Part shown: piece after piece, positions 49,661 through 58,914 of the stretch | How the letters are laid out: each line of letters starts with the position of its first letter | How positions within the stretch are numbered: the first letter of the stretch is position 1 | Assembly: GCA_963705305.1 (NCBI GenBank) | Contig: OY970067.1 | Span: 1,728,001-1,792,000, forward strand | Origin: an uncultured Methylomirabilota bacterium | GTDB lineage: Bacteria; Methylomirabilota; Methylomirabilia; Methylomirabilales; 2-02-FULL-66-22 | DNA length: 64,000 nt | Direction: 5' to 3' | The notes under the pieces: generated by a model | The model's input: the letters and a program-made list of their open reading frames with translations, nothing else | What the model was told of the DNA's origin: nothing | The model's database searches: none | Made by a program: the position numbers and the translations under genes

Positions 49661-50188
49661 TCAGGCCGCGCCGGCCGGCGGCCGGAGCCCCGGCAGCATG
49701 AACTGGAGCCAGCGCACCGTCACGCGCGAGCCGAACACGTGGACCTGCTCGGGCAGCGCCTGCGACTCCGGCGCCTGGACCAGCGACAGCGACTTGCTGC
49801 CGACCCAGTGGTCGTTGGCATACAGCCGGAACTCGTAGCGACCCGGCCGCTCGAAGCGGAGGCCGGCGATCTGGAAGACCAGCTCCGCCGGCGTCATGCG
49901 GTCGGCGAACGTCACCCCCAGCCGCCCCTGGCCGACAACGGCCAGATCCTCCAGGCGAACCAACTCGAGGCGGATGCGGTATTCCCCCTGGGCGTCGGTC
50001 AGCTTGGCGTAGACGCAGAGCAGGCCGTGGAGGGTGGGGAACTGGGTGGCGCTGATGTTCTCGAACAGCCCCACCAGCGTGGTCTTGCCCGTGGCCTCGT
50101 CCTGCATGGCCGAATCGCACACGACCATGGCGTTCAGGACGGGATGGGGCGGGGCGGCGGCGGGGCTCGACTGCGGCGCGGGTTCCAT
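49661..50188 (-). CDS. Hypothetical beta-sandwich protein (DUF6941-like)
   Basis: VVCD...TGKTTLVGLFE, FERPGRYEFRL. Confidence 0.7.
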   Translation of the reverse strand: MEPAPQSSPAAAPPHPVLNAMVVCDSAMQDEATGKTTLVGLFENISATQFPTLHGLLCVYAKLTDAQGEYRIRLELVRLEDLAVVGQGRLGVTFADRMTPAELVFQIAGLRFERPGRYEFRLYANDHWVGSKSLSLVQAPESQALPEQVHVFGSRVTVRWLQFMLPGLRPPAGAA

Positions 50189-50345
50189 GGAAGGGCATGC
50201 TACCATAGCCCGTCCCGCAGGCGCAACCAGACGCGCGCCTCCGAATAGCGTTGACTCCGGTCGGACCCTTGTGCGATTTTTCATTTCCTACACGTGCCGT
50301 TCACGACCGGAGGAAGAGCGTCTCTTTGACAGCGAGGAGGGTTCT

Positions 50346-51311
50346 ATGCTGATCGTGGTTCCGGATGACAACCCTCCGGTTCTGGCCGGCACGGCGGCGC
50401 TGGAGCGCTTGCGGACGATCGGCGAGGTGCGGCTGTACGACACGGATGCAACCAATCCCGCCGTCCTGACGGAACGGATCCGCGAGGCGGACGTGGCGGT
50501 GAACATCCGGGGGCGGACGCGCTTCACGCCGGAGGTGATGCAGGCCTGTCCGAAGCTCACGCTGATCTCCATCTGGGGAACGGGGACGGATAATGTGGAC
50601 CTGAAGGCGGCCGGCGACCGGGGCGTCACGGTGACCAACACGCCGGGTGCCAACGCCGTCTCGGTGGCCGAGCACACCGTGGCGCTGATGCTGGCCCTGA
50701 TCAAGCAGCTTGCCCCGGCGGACGCCGCCATGCGCCAGGGGGGCTGGCCGCGAAATCTGGTCCCCCAATTGCGCGGCAAGCGGCTGGGCCTGATCGGGAC
50801 GGGGCTCATCGGCCGCGAGGTGGCGGCCATGGCCGCGGGGCTGGGGATGGAGGCGGTGGCGTGGACCTACCATCCCGACCCCCGGTTCGCCGCCGGCGCC
50901 GGCCTCCGCTACGTGCAGCTGGACGAGCTCCTGCGGACCTCGGACGTCGTCTCGCTGCACCTTCGCGCCACGCCGGAGGCCCGCCGGTTCCTGAGCCGAG
51001 AGCGCCTGGCCCTCCTCAAGCCCACCGCCTACGTCCTCAACACGGCCCGCGGCGCGCTGATCGACGAGGCCGCTCTGGTGGAGGCGCTCCAGGCCGGGAA
51101 GATCGCCGGGGCCGGCCTGGACGTCTTCGAGACGGAGCCGCTGCCGGCGGGGCATCCCCTGTCTCGGCTCCCGAATGTCCTGCTGACCTCGCACTGCGCC
51201 GGCATGACACCCGAGGCCAACCAGACCGGCCTGCTGATGGCCGCGGAAAACATCGCGAACTTCCTGGCGGGGATGCCGACCCACGTGGTGGCCGGCCCGG
51301 GGAAGCGGTAG
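50346..51311 (+). CDS. D-2-hydroxyacid dehydrogenase (SerA-like, no ACT domain)
   Basis: NTPGAN..VAEH, GLIGTGLIG, NTARG, LDVFETEP; GAGGAGG RBS. Confidence 0.92.
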   Translation: MLIVVPDDNPPVLAGTAALERLRTIGEVRLYDTDATNPAVLTERIREADVAVNIRGRTRFTPEVMQACPKLTLISIWGTGTDNVDLKAAGDRGVTVTNTPGANAVSVAEHTVALMLALIKQLAPADAAMRQGGWPRNLVPQLRGKRLGLIGTGLIGREVAAMAAGLGMEAVAWTYHPDPRFAAGAGLRYVQLDELLRTSDVVSLHLRATPEARRFLSRERLALLKPTAYVLNTARGALIDEAALVEALQAGKIAGAGLDVFETEPLPAGHPLSRLPNVLLTSHCAGMTPEANQTGLLMAAENIANFLAGMPTHVVAGPGKR

Positions 51312-51495
51312 CCGGTGTGTGAGATTTCACCCATGAAATGGCCGCGTGGCCACTGTATGCGCTAAGGGACAAGACGTGCCGAGGGGAAGTTGCGCTCTTC
51401 AAAGCCGTCCGATGGCTGAGTAGACGAAGATCAGGGCGGGTTTCACGGGGATGCTGCGGTCGATCAGCCTGGGCGGCGCTTGGACGGAGAGCGGG

Positions 51496-51933
51496 TTAGG
51501 ATGTGATTGTGGCGAGGAAGCTCTTTGGTGTGAGGGTCTGCACGACCGAGGCGCCCCGCTCCAGTTGCTCGGAATCGAGGGTGACCAATTCGGCGGCAAA
51601 CAGTGCCGCAGACGCGACAAAGACTGCATCGGCGCCTCGTAGCCGGTGTTGGGCCGCGAGGGCAGCCGCTTGGCGAGCCAGCCCGTCGTCTAATGCCACC
51701 AACACGGTATTCGGGAGGTGGCCGATCGCCAGGGCGTATCGCTGCGCGACCTCATGGTCGCTCCCGGTGCGGGTCAGAGCCGCGGCGACTTCGGGAACCG
51801 CGAGCGTCGGGATAAAGAGCCGGGGACCCGCCGTCCGCACCCACTCCAGAAACTCCACACTGTGGCGGTGCCCCGGTTCATGGGGGCGTGCCCGGCTGAC
51901 AAAGACACTGGAGTCGATCGTGAGGAGCCGCAT
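51496..51933 (-). CDS. PIN-domain (VapC-like) toxin
   Basis: TIDSSV, PEV, LRGADA, LVTLD acidic residues. Confidence 0.88.
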   Translation of the reverse strand: MRLLTIDSSVFVSRARPHEPGHRHSVEFLEWVRTAGPRLFIPTLAVPEVAAALTRTGSDHEVAQRYALAIGHLPNTVLVALDDGLARQAAALAAQHRLRGADAVFVASAALFAAELVTLDSEQLERGASVVQTLTPKSFLATITS

Positions 51934-52254
51934 CTATCGTCTCATCCGCGCGAGTTCCGTGGCCGCCGAGCGGAGCGTGCTGGGCGCCTCTGAGGCGAGT
52001 GCCGCAGCCAAAGCATTCCACGTTTCCCAGGCGCTGTTCTGCGGGGGGGCGGCGAGGAGCCGTTCTCCGGCATCCACTGGCACGATGAGGGCCTCCACCG
52101 CCCCTCGCCTCGTCACGGCGTAGGTGACCCGACGGGTCCGCACGTCCTTCACAATGGCCGAGGCATTGGTCTTCAGGGCCCGAATGCCGATCGACGCTCT
52201 TCGGGTGGGGGCTGTCCCGCTGGATCGCTTGGGTCGGCCGGATGCCTTTCGCAT
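51934..52254 (-). CDS. Phd/YefM-like antitoxin
   Basis: IGIRALKTNASAIV...VTRRG; abuts the toxin gene. Confidence 0.8.
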   Translation of the reverse strand: MRKASGRPKRSSGTAPTRRASIGIRALKTNASAIVKDVRTRRVTYAVTRRGAVEALIVPVDAGERLLAAPPQNSAWETWNALAAALASEAPSTLRSAATELARMRR

Positions 52255-52525
52255 TGTGGTCACCTCTTGATACGATGAAACCACATGTTGATCGCTATGT
52301 CAATCTGGTTTTCCGAGGGCCGCTCACGACCGGCGGATTCATGAAACGCTGGGGCATTTGCGTCAGCCGCAGGCACCGTGCTCGTTCTCGGGACGCTGCC
52401 GGTTCAGATCCGGGGGGCCACGGTATGCTTCCGTTTTGGACATGCGGCCACTTTATGGGTTATTTCCGGCCAGGTTGATCGGACAAATGACAGGGGGGCG
52501 GGCAGACCGGATTGCCCTTCGGGCT

Positions 52526-53668
52526 TCAAGTGCGCTGGAGACGTGTGACCAGTCCGGAAAGGCTCTCGACGATGAGGCGGACTCCCCCGAGGGTTCGGGT
52601 GGTGGCGTGCGTCACATCCTGTGCCACAACGATGTTCTCCCCTTCGGGGTAGCGGTGGCGGAACGCTCGCAGTCCTTCGATGGTGACTTCGGCCGCAGAC
52701 CACTTGCATTCGATGGCGAGCGGCGGCTGGCCGCGTCGTTTGAGTACGAAATCGATCTCGTGTCCGGCCTTGTCCCGCCAGTAGTGCAGGGGCTGACCTT
52801 GGAGCATGGCGAGGAGCTCGTTCAGGACGAAGTGTTCCCAGAGAATTCCTAGGTCATCCGTTCGGAGTGTGGACCAGCCGCGGTGGTAACAGACGAATCC
52901 CGTATCGAAGCCATAGACCTTGGGGGCGGCTACGATCTCGGTGGTCCGCCGGGTGCTGAAGGGGCGGATCACGTGGGCCGCGGCGGTGGCCTCGAGCACG
53001 TCGAGGTAGCTGCTCACCGTGGGGCGGCTGATTTCGCAGAGCCGGGCGTACTCCGTCGCCTCGAAGATCCCGCCGCTCCGGGCGAGGAGGAGTTCCACCA
53101 GTCGCTGGAAGGCTCCCCGCCGCTCCAGACGAAACAGCTCCTGGATGTCTTTGGCCCAGTAGGCGTCCATCCACTCCTGGAAGTCGCGCTCGGGCAGGGT
53201 GTCGGCGAGGAAGAACGGCGGAAGCCCCCCGCGGAGCAGCCGGTGGCGGAGGTCTCCGTTCCCGAAATCGCTGAGGTCGGCCAGCGTCATCGGGGTCATT
53301 CGGACATCCCGTTTCCGGCCGGTCAGCGTATCGCGGAAGCGGGCGGAAGCTCCCAACGTCGAAGAGCCTGCGGCGAGCACGTGGACCCGAGGAAAGTGAT
53401 CCGCGGCGATTTTGAGGATCTCTGACGGGTTGGGCAGTCGATGGATCTCATCGAGGACCACGCGCCGCCCCGAGAGGCCCTCCCAGAAGCCCTGCGGATC
53501 CACCATCAGCTGGCGGACCCGCGGGAGCTCGCAATCGAAGTAGGTGATGTCCGGTAGCGACTGGCTCAGGCAGGTCTTCCCCACCCGTCGGACGCCCGAG
53601 ACCCACACCACGCGCCGATCTTTCCAGGCACTCTCAATGAGACGGATCCACTGTCGGCGAAGTATCAT
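52526..53668 (-). CDS. AAA_14 + DUF4143 ATP-binding protein
   Basis: GVRRVGKT, LDEIH, GGLP, KVYGFDTG, YWRD..GHEIDFV, IECK. Confidence 0.92.
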   Translation of the reverse strand: MILRRQWIRLIESAWKDRRVVWVSGVRRVGKTCLSQSLPDITYFDCELPRVRQLMVDPQGFWEGLSGRRVVLDEIHRLPNPSEILKIAADHFPRVHVLAAGSSTLGASARFRDTLTGRKRDVRMTPMTLADLSDFGNGDLRHRLLRGGLPPFFLADTLPERDFQEWMDAYWAKDIQELFRLERRGAFQRLVELLLARSGGIFEATEYARLCEISRPTVSSYLDVLEATAAAHVIRPFSTRRTTEIVAAPKVYGFDTGFVCYHRGWSTLRTDDLGILWEHFVLNELLAMLQGQPLHYWRDKAGHEIDFVLKRRGQPPLAIECKWSAAEVTIEGLRAFRHRYPEGENIVVAQDVTHATTRTLGGVRLIVESLSGLVTRLQRT

Positions 53669-54257
53669 CGTAATCAGTATTCCATATAGTTCTACTAAAT
53701 GCAACCAAGATTCCGTATGGCAGCAGCGCTTGGGCGCCATAATCCAGGGCAGAGTCCTCCAGGGCGTTGCGATTGCTTCTAGTCATCAGGATGGCCTTTG
53801 TTCTTAGCACCCATGCCAGATGCGTTGTGCCTGCGGCCACGTTATGGGTTATTTTTGGCGAGGTCTTTGGGTAAGTTGACATCTTCCCCGGCCCGGCCGA
53901 TCAAGCCGCCGACATCGGGGCCGGACGAGGCGCCGCTATATCGCGGGCCGTCCCCGGTCCGCTGCGTCAACCACGTCTCCGATTCCAAGGGGGACGTCTT
54001 TGACTAACATGACGAACGCATCCGCCCTTCTCGGCCCAACACAGGGACGTAGCGTCGAGCGGGGCGAAGCCCCGCATCGCAGGCAGCCGGCGAGCGGCCG
54101 CATCCGGCGTGGCCGAGCGTCGCACGCGGCTCCGTCTCGCCGGGACATCGATTGCCATACCGGTCCTCCGGCAGAGAAAGCTTGCCAGCACGATCGCGGC
54201 GGGGGTATCGTCTCGCGGTGGCCCAATCATGATCATCACAGGCACAGGAGGATGTCG

Positions 54258-55017
54258 ATGCGACCGAACCAGACCAAGCGACGCCTGCTCCAGGGCAAGG
54301 CGGCTCTCGGCACGTTCTGCCTGGGCGGGAGCCCGCTGCTCACCGAGACTCTCGGCCAGGCGGGGTATGACTTCGTCATCGTGGATTGTCAGCACGGCGA
54401 GAGCAACCCGGGGAATCTCCTGGCCATGCTGCAGGCGGTGAGCTGCACCCCTGCGACCCCGCTGGTCCGCGTGACGGCCAACGCGCCGGCGGACCTGCAG
54501 CGCGCCCTGGACCTCGGCGCCTACGGCCTGGTCGTCCCCATGGTCAACACGCGCGCGGAGGCCGAGGTCGTCCTGCGCTCCGTCCGCTACGCGCCCGCCG
54601 GCGCTCGGAGCTGGGGCCCGATCCGCGGGGGCCTTTACGGCGGCGCGGATTACTTCGCCAAGGCCCACGAGGAGCTGCTGGTGATCGCCATGCTCGAGAC
54701 CGCCGAGGCGGTGCGGAACGCTGGGGAGATCCTGGGCGTGCCCGGCATCGACGGCTGCTTCATCGGCCCCAACGATTCTCAGCGTCGCCCTCGGCTTTTC
54801 CTCCGAGCTGGCCGAGTATCCGCCCCCCGTCGAGGAGGCCATCCTGGCGATCCGCGATGCCGCCGTGGCGGCCGGCAAGGCGCCCGGGATCTACACGCCC
54901 AACGCCGCGGCGGCGAAGGCCCGGCTGGCCCAGGGCTTCCGGTTCGTCTGCATCCGGAACGACTTCGGGATGGTCGCGGCGGCGGCCGCTGAGGATCTCC
55001 GGATGGTCCGGGGTTGA
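54258..55017 (+). pseudogene. HpcH/HpaI aldolase family gene with +1 frameshift at about 54777
   Basis: DCQHG, ALDLGA, MLET, FIGPND; removing one T restores LSVALG...GKAPG...QGFRFV to TGA 55017. Confidence 0.85.
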
Positions 55018-55255
55018 GGACCCGGGGCTGCGGCGGCAGATCCGGGGGCGCCCTGAAGCCCGGTCCTCACCCGCTGCCTGCTTCAGGCTGCGCTGCCTTC
55101 CAATCTCTCCCCCCCTTTCCATTCTTCCCCGCAGCACAGAGAGACTTTGCCTTCGAGGCTTAACAGGGTAGATTGTGGAGGCTGCGGCCGGAATAGCCGG
55201 GAAGCGGCTGCTCCGGGATCTCACCGGAGCCGGGCCGGAACGAGGTGTACGCCGG

Positions 55256-56383
55256 ATGACGACGACGATCTCCACGAGCTTCACGGACCCGGTCAACGCC
55301 AGGATCCTGGCGGTGGCCGAGGACCGGCTGCCGGGGTTCCAGCGCGACCCGCTGGGGGAGATCTCCCGGCTGTCGGGCGTCGAGCCGTCCGAGGTGATCG
55401 TCCGCCTCCGGGCCATGCTCTCCGCGGGGACGATCCGGCGGATCCGGCAGACGCTCCTCGCCACCAACCTGGCCCAGGGCGCCCTTGTGGCCTGGCAGGT
55501 GCCCCAGTCGAAGCTCGACGCGGCCTTCGATTACATGTATCACCGCGACCCGTTCAGCGGACACGTGGTGATCCGCACCACCGATGTCGCCACCGCCGGG
55601 GCCACCTACCGGCTGTGGACGACCCTGAAAGTCCCGCAGGGCTTCTCCATGACCCGGCACTGCCAGCTGCTCTTGCGGGAGACGGGCGCGGAGCGGTTCC
55701 TGCTGCTGCCCGCCAAGAAGCTGTTCACCCTGGGGGTCGGCCACGTGCGGCGGCGCGGGCTGGAGCCGGGCAGCCGCGCCGAGGTGCCGGCCGACGTGAC
55801 GGACGTGACGGTGACCACGCTGACCGAGGCGGAATGGCGCGTCCTGACGGCGCTGAAGCGGGAGTTCGCGCCGGGGGAGATCGTTCCCCAGCTCTGGGCT
55901 CCGCGGGCCCAGGAGGCGGGCGTCCCGCTGGAGACATTCCTGGCGATGGCCGGGGACTTCGACTGCCGCAAGATCATCGGCCGCTTCTCCACGTTCCTCG
56001 AGCACGCCAAGCCCGTGGCGGGCGGCGAGCGCGTGACCCGCTTCAACGCGCTGTTCCACTGGGCGGTCCCGCCGGGCCGGGAGATCGACGCGGGCCGGGA
56101 GGTGGGGCGCCACCACATCATGACCCACGACTACTGGCGCGAGGGAGGCCCCGAGTTCCATCACGTGAATATCATGGGGGTCGCCCACGGCACCGACAAG
56201 CGGCTGCTGCTCGCCCACAAGGCTGCCATGGATGCACATCTCGCCGAGGCCGGTATCCCCGTCTCCTACACCAACGTGTTCTGGGGCGGCCGCAGCGAGA
56301 TCAAACCGTCCGAGATCTCGCCCCTCGCCTACCGGCAGTGGTGCCGGAGCCTGGGGATCGATCCGGACACGATGAAGGACTAA
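55256..56383 (+). CDS. Lrp/AsnC-fold siroheme decarboxylase-like protein (AhbA/B, NirDL-type fusion)
   Basis: Two tandem AsnC-like units (GTIRRI...ALVAWQVP; IIGRF...NALFHWAVP, THDYWR, MGVAHG). Confidence 0.75.
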   Translation: MTTTISTSFTDPVNARILAVAEDRLPGFQRDPLGEISRLSGVEPSEVIVRLRAMLSAGTIRRIRQTLLATNLAQGALVAWQVPQSKLDAAFDYMYHRDPFSGHVVIRTTDVATAGATYRLWTTLKVPQGFSMTRHCQLLLRETGAERFLLLPAKKLFTLGVGHVRRRGLEPGSRAEVPADVTDVTVTTLTEAEWRVLTALKREFAPGEIVPQLWAPRAQEAGVPLETFLAMAGDFDCRKIIGRFSTFLEHAKPVAGGERVTRFNALFHWAVPPGREIDAGREVGRHHIMTHDYWREGGPEFHHVNIMGVAHGTDKRLLLAHKAAMDAHLAEAGIPVSYTNVFWGGRSEIKPSEISPLAYRQWCRSLGIDPDTMKD

Positions 56384-56556
56384 CAGGCTGCGGAGAAAGG
56401 CCCATCTGCCGAGACCCAGCCTTCGGCTGGGTACCCCGCACGCTCCCGCGACGCTGCGGCGTACCCGTAAGTACGCCTCGCGCCGCGGATCGCGTGCCAC
56501 CTTGCACCTGGACCTTTTTGCGCAGCCTGGATGGAAACGGGTTTTCCAGCAGCCTG
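56384..56556. mobile_element. MITE family A with IS5-like ends, copy 2
   Basis: CTAA|CAGGCTGCGGAGAAAGG...TTTTCCAGCAGCCTG|CTAC; reverse-complement homologue of 36257-36410. Confidence 0.75.
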
Positions 56557-56578
56557 CTACAACTAAAAGGAGACTCCC

Positions 56579-56818
56579 ATGAGCGAACCCAAGATCGCCG
56601 CCAAACAGCCCGCCGCCGTGCAGCTCGAAGCCGGCAAGACGTACGCCTGGTGCGCCTGCGGCCTCTCCAAGGGCCAGCCGTTCTGCGACGGCTCCCACAA
56701 GACTACGGATCTCCGGCCGCTGGTTTTCAAGGCCGAGAAGACCGAGACCGCCCACTTGTGCCAGTGCAAGCAGTCGAAGAACAAGCCCTTCTGCGACGGG
56801 ACGCACAAGTCCCTGTAA
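56579..56818 (+). CDS. CDGSH iron-sulfur protein with two motifs
   Basis: WCACGLSKGQPFCDGSH and LCQCKQSKNKPFCDGTH; AAGGAG RBS. Confidence 0.95.
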   Translation: MSEPKIAAKQPAAVQLEAGKTYAWCACGLSKGQPFCDGSHKTTDLRPLVFKAEKTETAHLCQCKQSKNKPFCDGTHKSL

Positions 56819-56839
56819 CCGCTGCCCAGCGGCGCACGG

Positions 56840-57060
56840 CCCGGAGGCGACCCGCTAAGTGCTTAGCGGCCTAAATTCCACGACGTATCCATTGACCGCT
56901 TAACCTCCCGGCCCCCTGGGCCGACCCGGAGCAAGGGCGAGCCGGCATCGGGTACCTGCCCGCAGGGTGGGTGCAGGCGCCAGGCGTCCGAGGGGCGGCC
57001 CGGGGGACCGGGATACGTCGCCGCAATTACGGCCAGGAGTACTAAGGTAGGGGCTCCGGG
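56840..57060. other. Long imperfect inverted repeat, possible structured RNA or DNA element
   Basis: Nested paired blocks CCCGGAG/CTCCGGG, CGACGTATCC/GGATACGTCG, TCCCGGCCCCCTGGGCCG/CGGCCCGGGGGACCGGGA. Confidence 0.6.
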
Positions 57061-57206
57061 AACGCCCCAGATCTTCGTTGCGCCCTTGGAACCTTTGCCA
57101 GACACGGCCTGCCTTCGGAGGGGAGTGAGCACCGATGGTTCCATCTCGGGTCGCGGCCGCTCGAATGGCCGCCGCCCGTTGCTGGTATAGCAGGAAGGAG
57201 TCACGC

Positions 57207-58322
57207 ATGAGCCGGGTGCGGGTCTTGGTGGGGACGCGCAAGGGGGCGTTCCTTTTGACATCGGACGGGAAGCGGGACCGCTGGGAGGTGAGCGGCCCCC
57301 ACTTTGCGGGCTGGCAGATCTATCACCTCAAGGGGTCCCCCCTGGACCCGGACCGGCTGTACGCCTCGCAATCCAGCGCGTGGTTCGGGCAGACGATCCA
57401 GCGCTCCGACGACGGCGGCAGGACCTGGGAGCCGGTGGGCAACTTGTTCGCGTACGACGGGGGTCCCGCCACCCACCAGTGGTATGACGGCACGCAGCAC
57501 CCCTGGGAGTTCGCGCGCGTGTGGCATCTCGAGCCGTCGCCGACGGATCCGGAGACCATCTACGCCGGGGTGGAGGACGCCGCGCTGTTCCGGTCTGCCG
57601 ACGGCGGCAAGACGTGGCGCGAGTTTTCCGGGCTGCGCGCCGTGAAAGGACACCTCTGGCAGCCCGGAGCGGGGGGGATGTGCCTCCACACGATCCTCCT
57701 CGATCCGGGCACTCCCGATCGGATCCTCGTCGCCATCTCGGCTGCGGGCGCGTTTCGGACCGATGACGGCGGCGTCACCTGGCAGCCGGCGAACCGCGGT
57801 TTGAAGTCGCAGTACCAGCTCCCCGACCCGCAGGCCGAGGTGGGCCACTGCGTCCACAGCGTCGCCCGGCACCCCTCGCGCCCGCGGGTGCTGTTCATGC
57901 AGAAGCACTGGGACGTCATGCGCAGCGACGATGCGGGAGCGTCGTGGTACGAGATCAGCGGCAACCTGCCGAGCGACTTCGGGTTTCCGATCGCCGTCCA
58001 TGCCCACGAGCCGGAGACGGTCTACGTCGTTCCGATCCGGAGCGACTCCGAGCACTATCCCCCCGACGGCCGATTGCGCGTGTACCGCAGCCGAACCGGT
58101 GGCAACGAATGGGAGGCGCTCGCGGACGGCCTGCCGCAACGAGACTGCTACGTCAATGTGCTGCGGGACGCGCTGTCGGTGGACGCGCTGGATTCGTGCG
58201 GCGTCTACGTCGGGACCACCGGGGGGCAGGTCTACGCCTCGGCCGATGCCGGGGACACGTGGACCGCCGTCGTCCGGAACCTGCCGTCTGTCCTGTCCGT
58301 GGAAGCCCAGACGCTCCAATGA
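57207..58322 (+). CDS. BNR/Asp-box beta-propeller (sialidase-like) protein
   Basis: Repeated SxDGGxTW boxes; [17 protein letters not shown]. Confidence 0.9.
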   Translation: MSRVRVLVGTRKGAFLLTSDGKRDRWEVSGPHFAGWQIYHLKGSPLDPDRLYASQSSAWFGQTIQRSDDGGRTWEPVGNLFAYDGGPATHQWYDGTQHPWEFARVWHLEPSPTDPETIYAGVEDAALFRSADGGKTWREFSGLRAVKGHLWQPGAGGMCLHTILLDPGTPDRILVAISAAGAFRTDDGGVTWQPANRGLKSQYQLPDPQAEVGHCVHSVARHPSRPRVLFMQKHWDVMRSDDAGASWYEISGNLPSDFGFPIAVHAHEPETVYVVPIRSDSEHYPPDGRLRVYRSRTGGNEWEALADGLPQRDCYVNVLRDALSVDALDSCGVYVGTTGGQVYASADAGDTWTAVVRNLPSVLSVEAQTLQ

Positions 58323-58615
58323 TCCGGGTCGTGCTCCCGCCCCATTTGCGGACGCTGGCAAACGTCTCCGGAGAGGTCGCGCTTCCGGTCGAGGGGCCGG
58401 TCACCCTGTGCGCCGTCCTCGACGCCCTCGAGGCTGCCTATCCGTGGCTGCGCGGGATGATCCGCGACCACGTCACGCAGCGCCGCCGGCCGTACATGAG
58501 GTTTTTCGCCTGCGAGCTGGATCTGTCTCACGAGTCGCCGGACGCACCGCTTCCCGATGCGGTCGTGGCGGGGAGGGAGCCCCTCCTCATCGTCGCGGCC
58601 CTGGCGGGCGGCTAG
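58319..58615 (+). CDS. MoaD/ThiS ubiquitin-like protein
   Basis: [11 protein letters not shown]...AALAGG with C-terminal GG; ATGA overlap with the previous gene. Confidence 0.9.
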   Translation: MIRVVLPPHLRTLANVSGEVALPVEGPVTLCAVLDALEAAYPWLRGMIRDHVTQRRRPYMRFFACELDLSHESPDAPLPDAVVAGREPLLIVAALAGG

Positions 58616-58914
58616 CGCGGCGATGGCCAGGCTGGCCGCGATCGGATTCAGGATGGCGTACCGATCCCCGCCCAGGAAGATCACGGCCCGGGCTCCGCGC
58701 GGCGTCGCAGTCCCTCCCCCGCCGCTTTCCCTTTCGCCGGCACCACCGCATGGCCGTCGCGCCGGGCGCGGTCGGCACCGGCGCCCGGGGTTGCCGGCGG
58801 TGCGGCTCTCTGGTATAAGCTCTGCCAGGCGAAGGACGCGTGCGGACGGCGGCGTCCCTGCCGACGATGCCGCCGGGGTCACGACGCGCGCACGGCGCAC
58901 AGGGGGAAACGACC

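Noticed and set aside
56819..57090. Rod-like repeat as an integron attC or hammerhead ribozyme
   Set aside because: No matching RYYYAAC/GTTRRRY boxes, no integrase, and no CUGANGA/GAAA core
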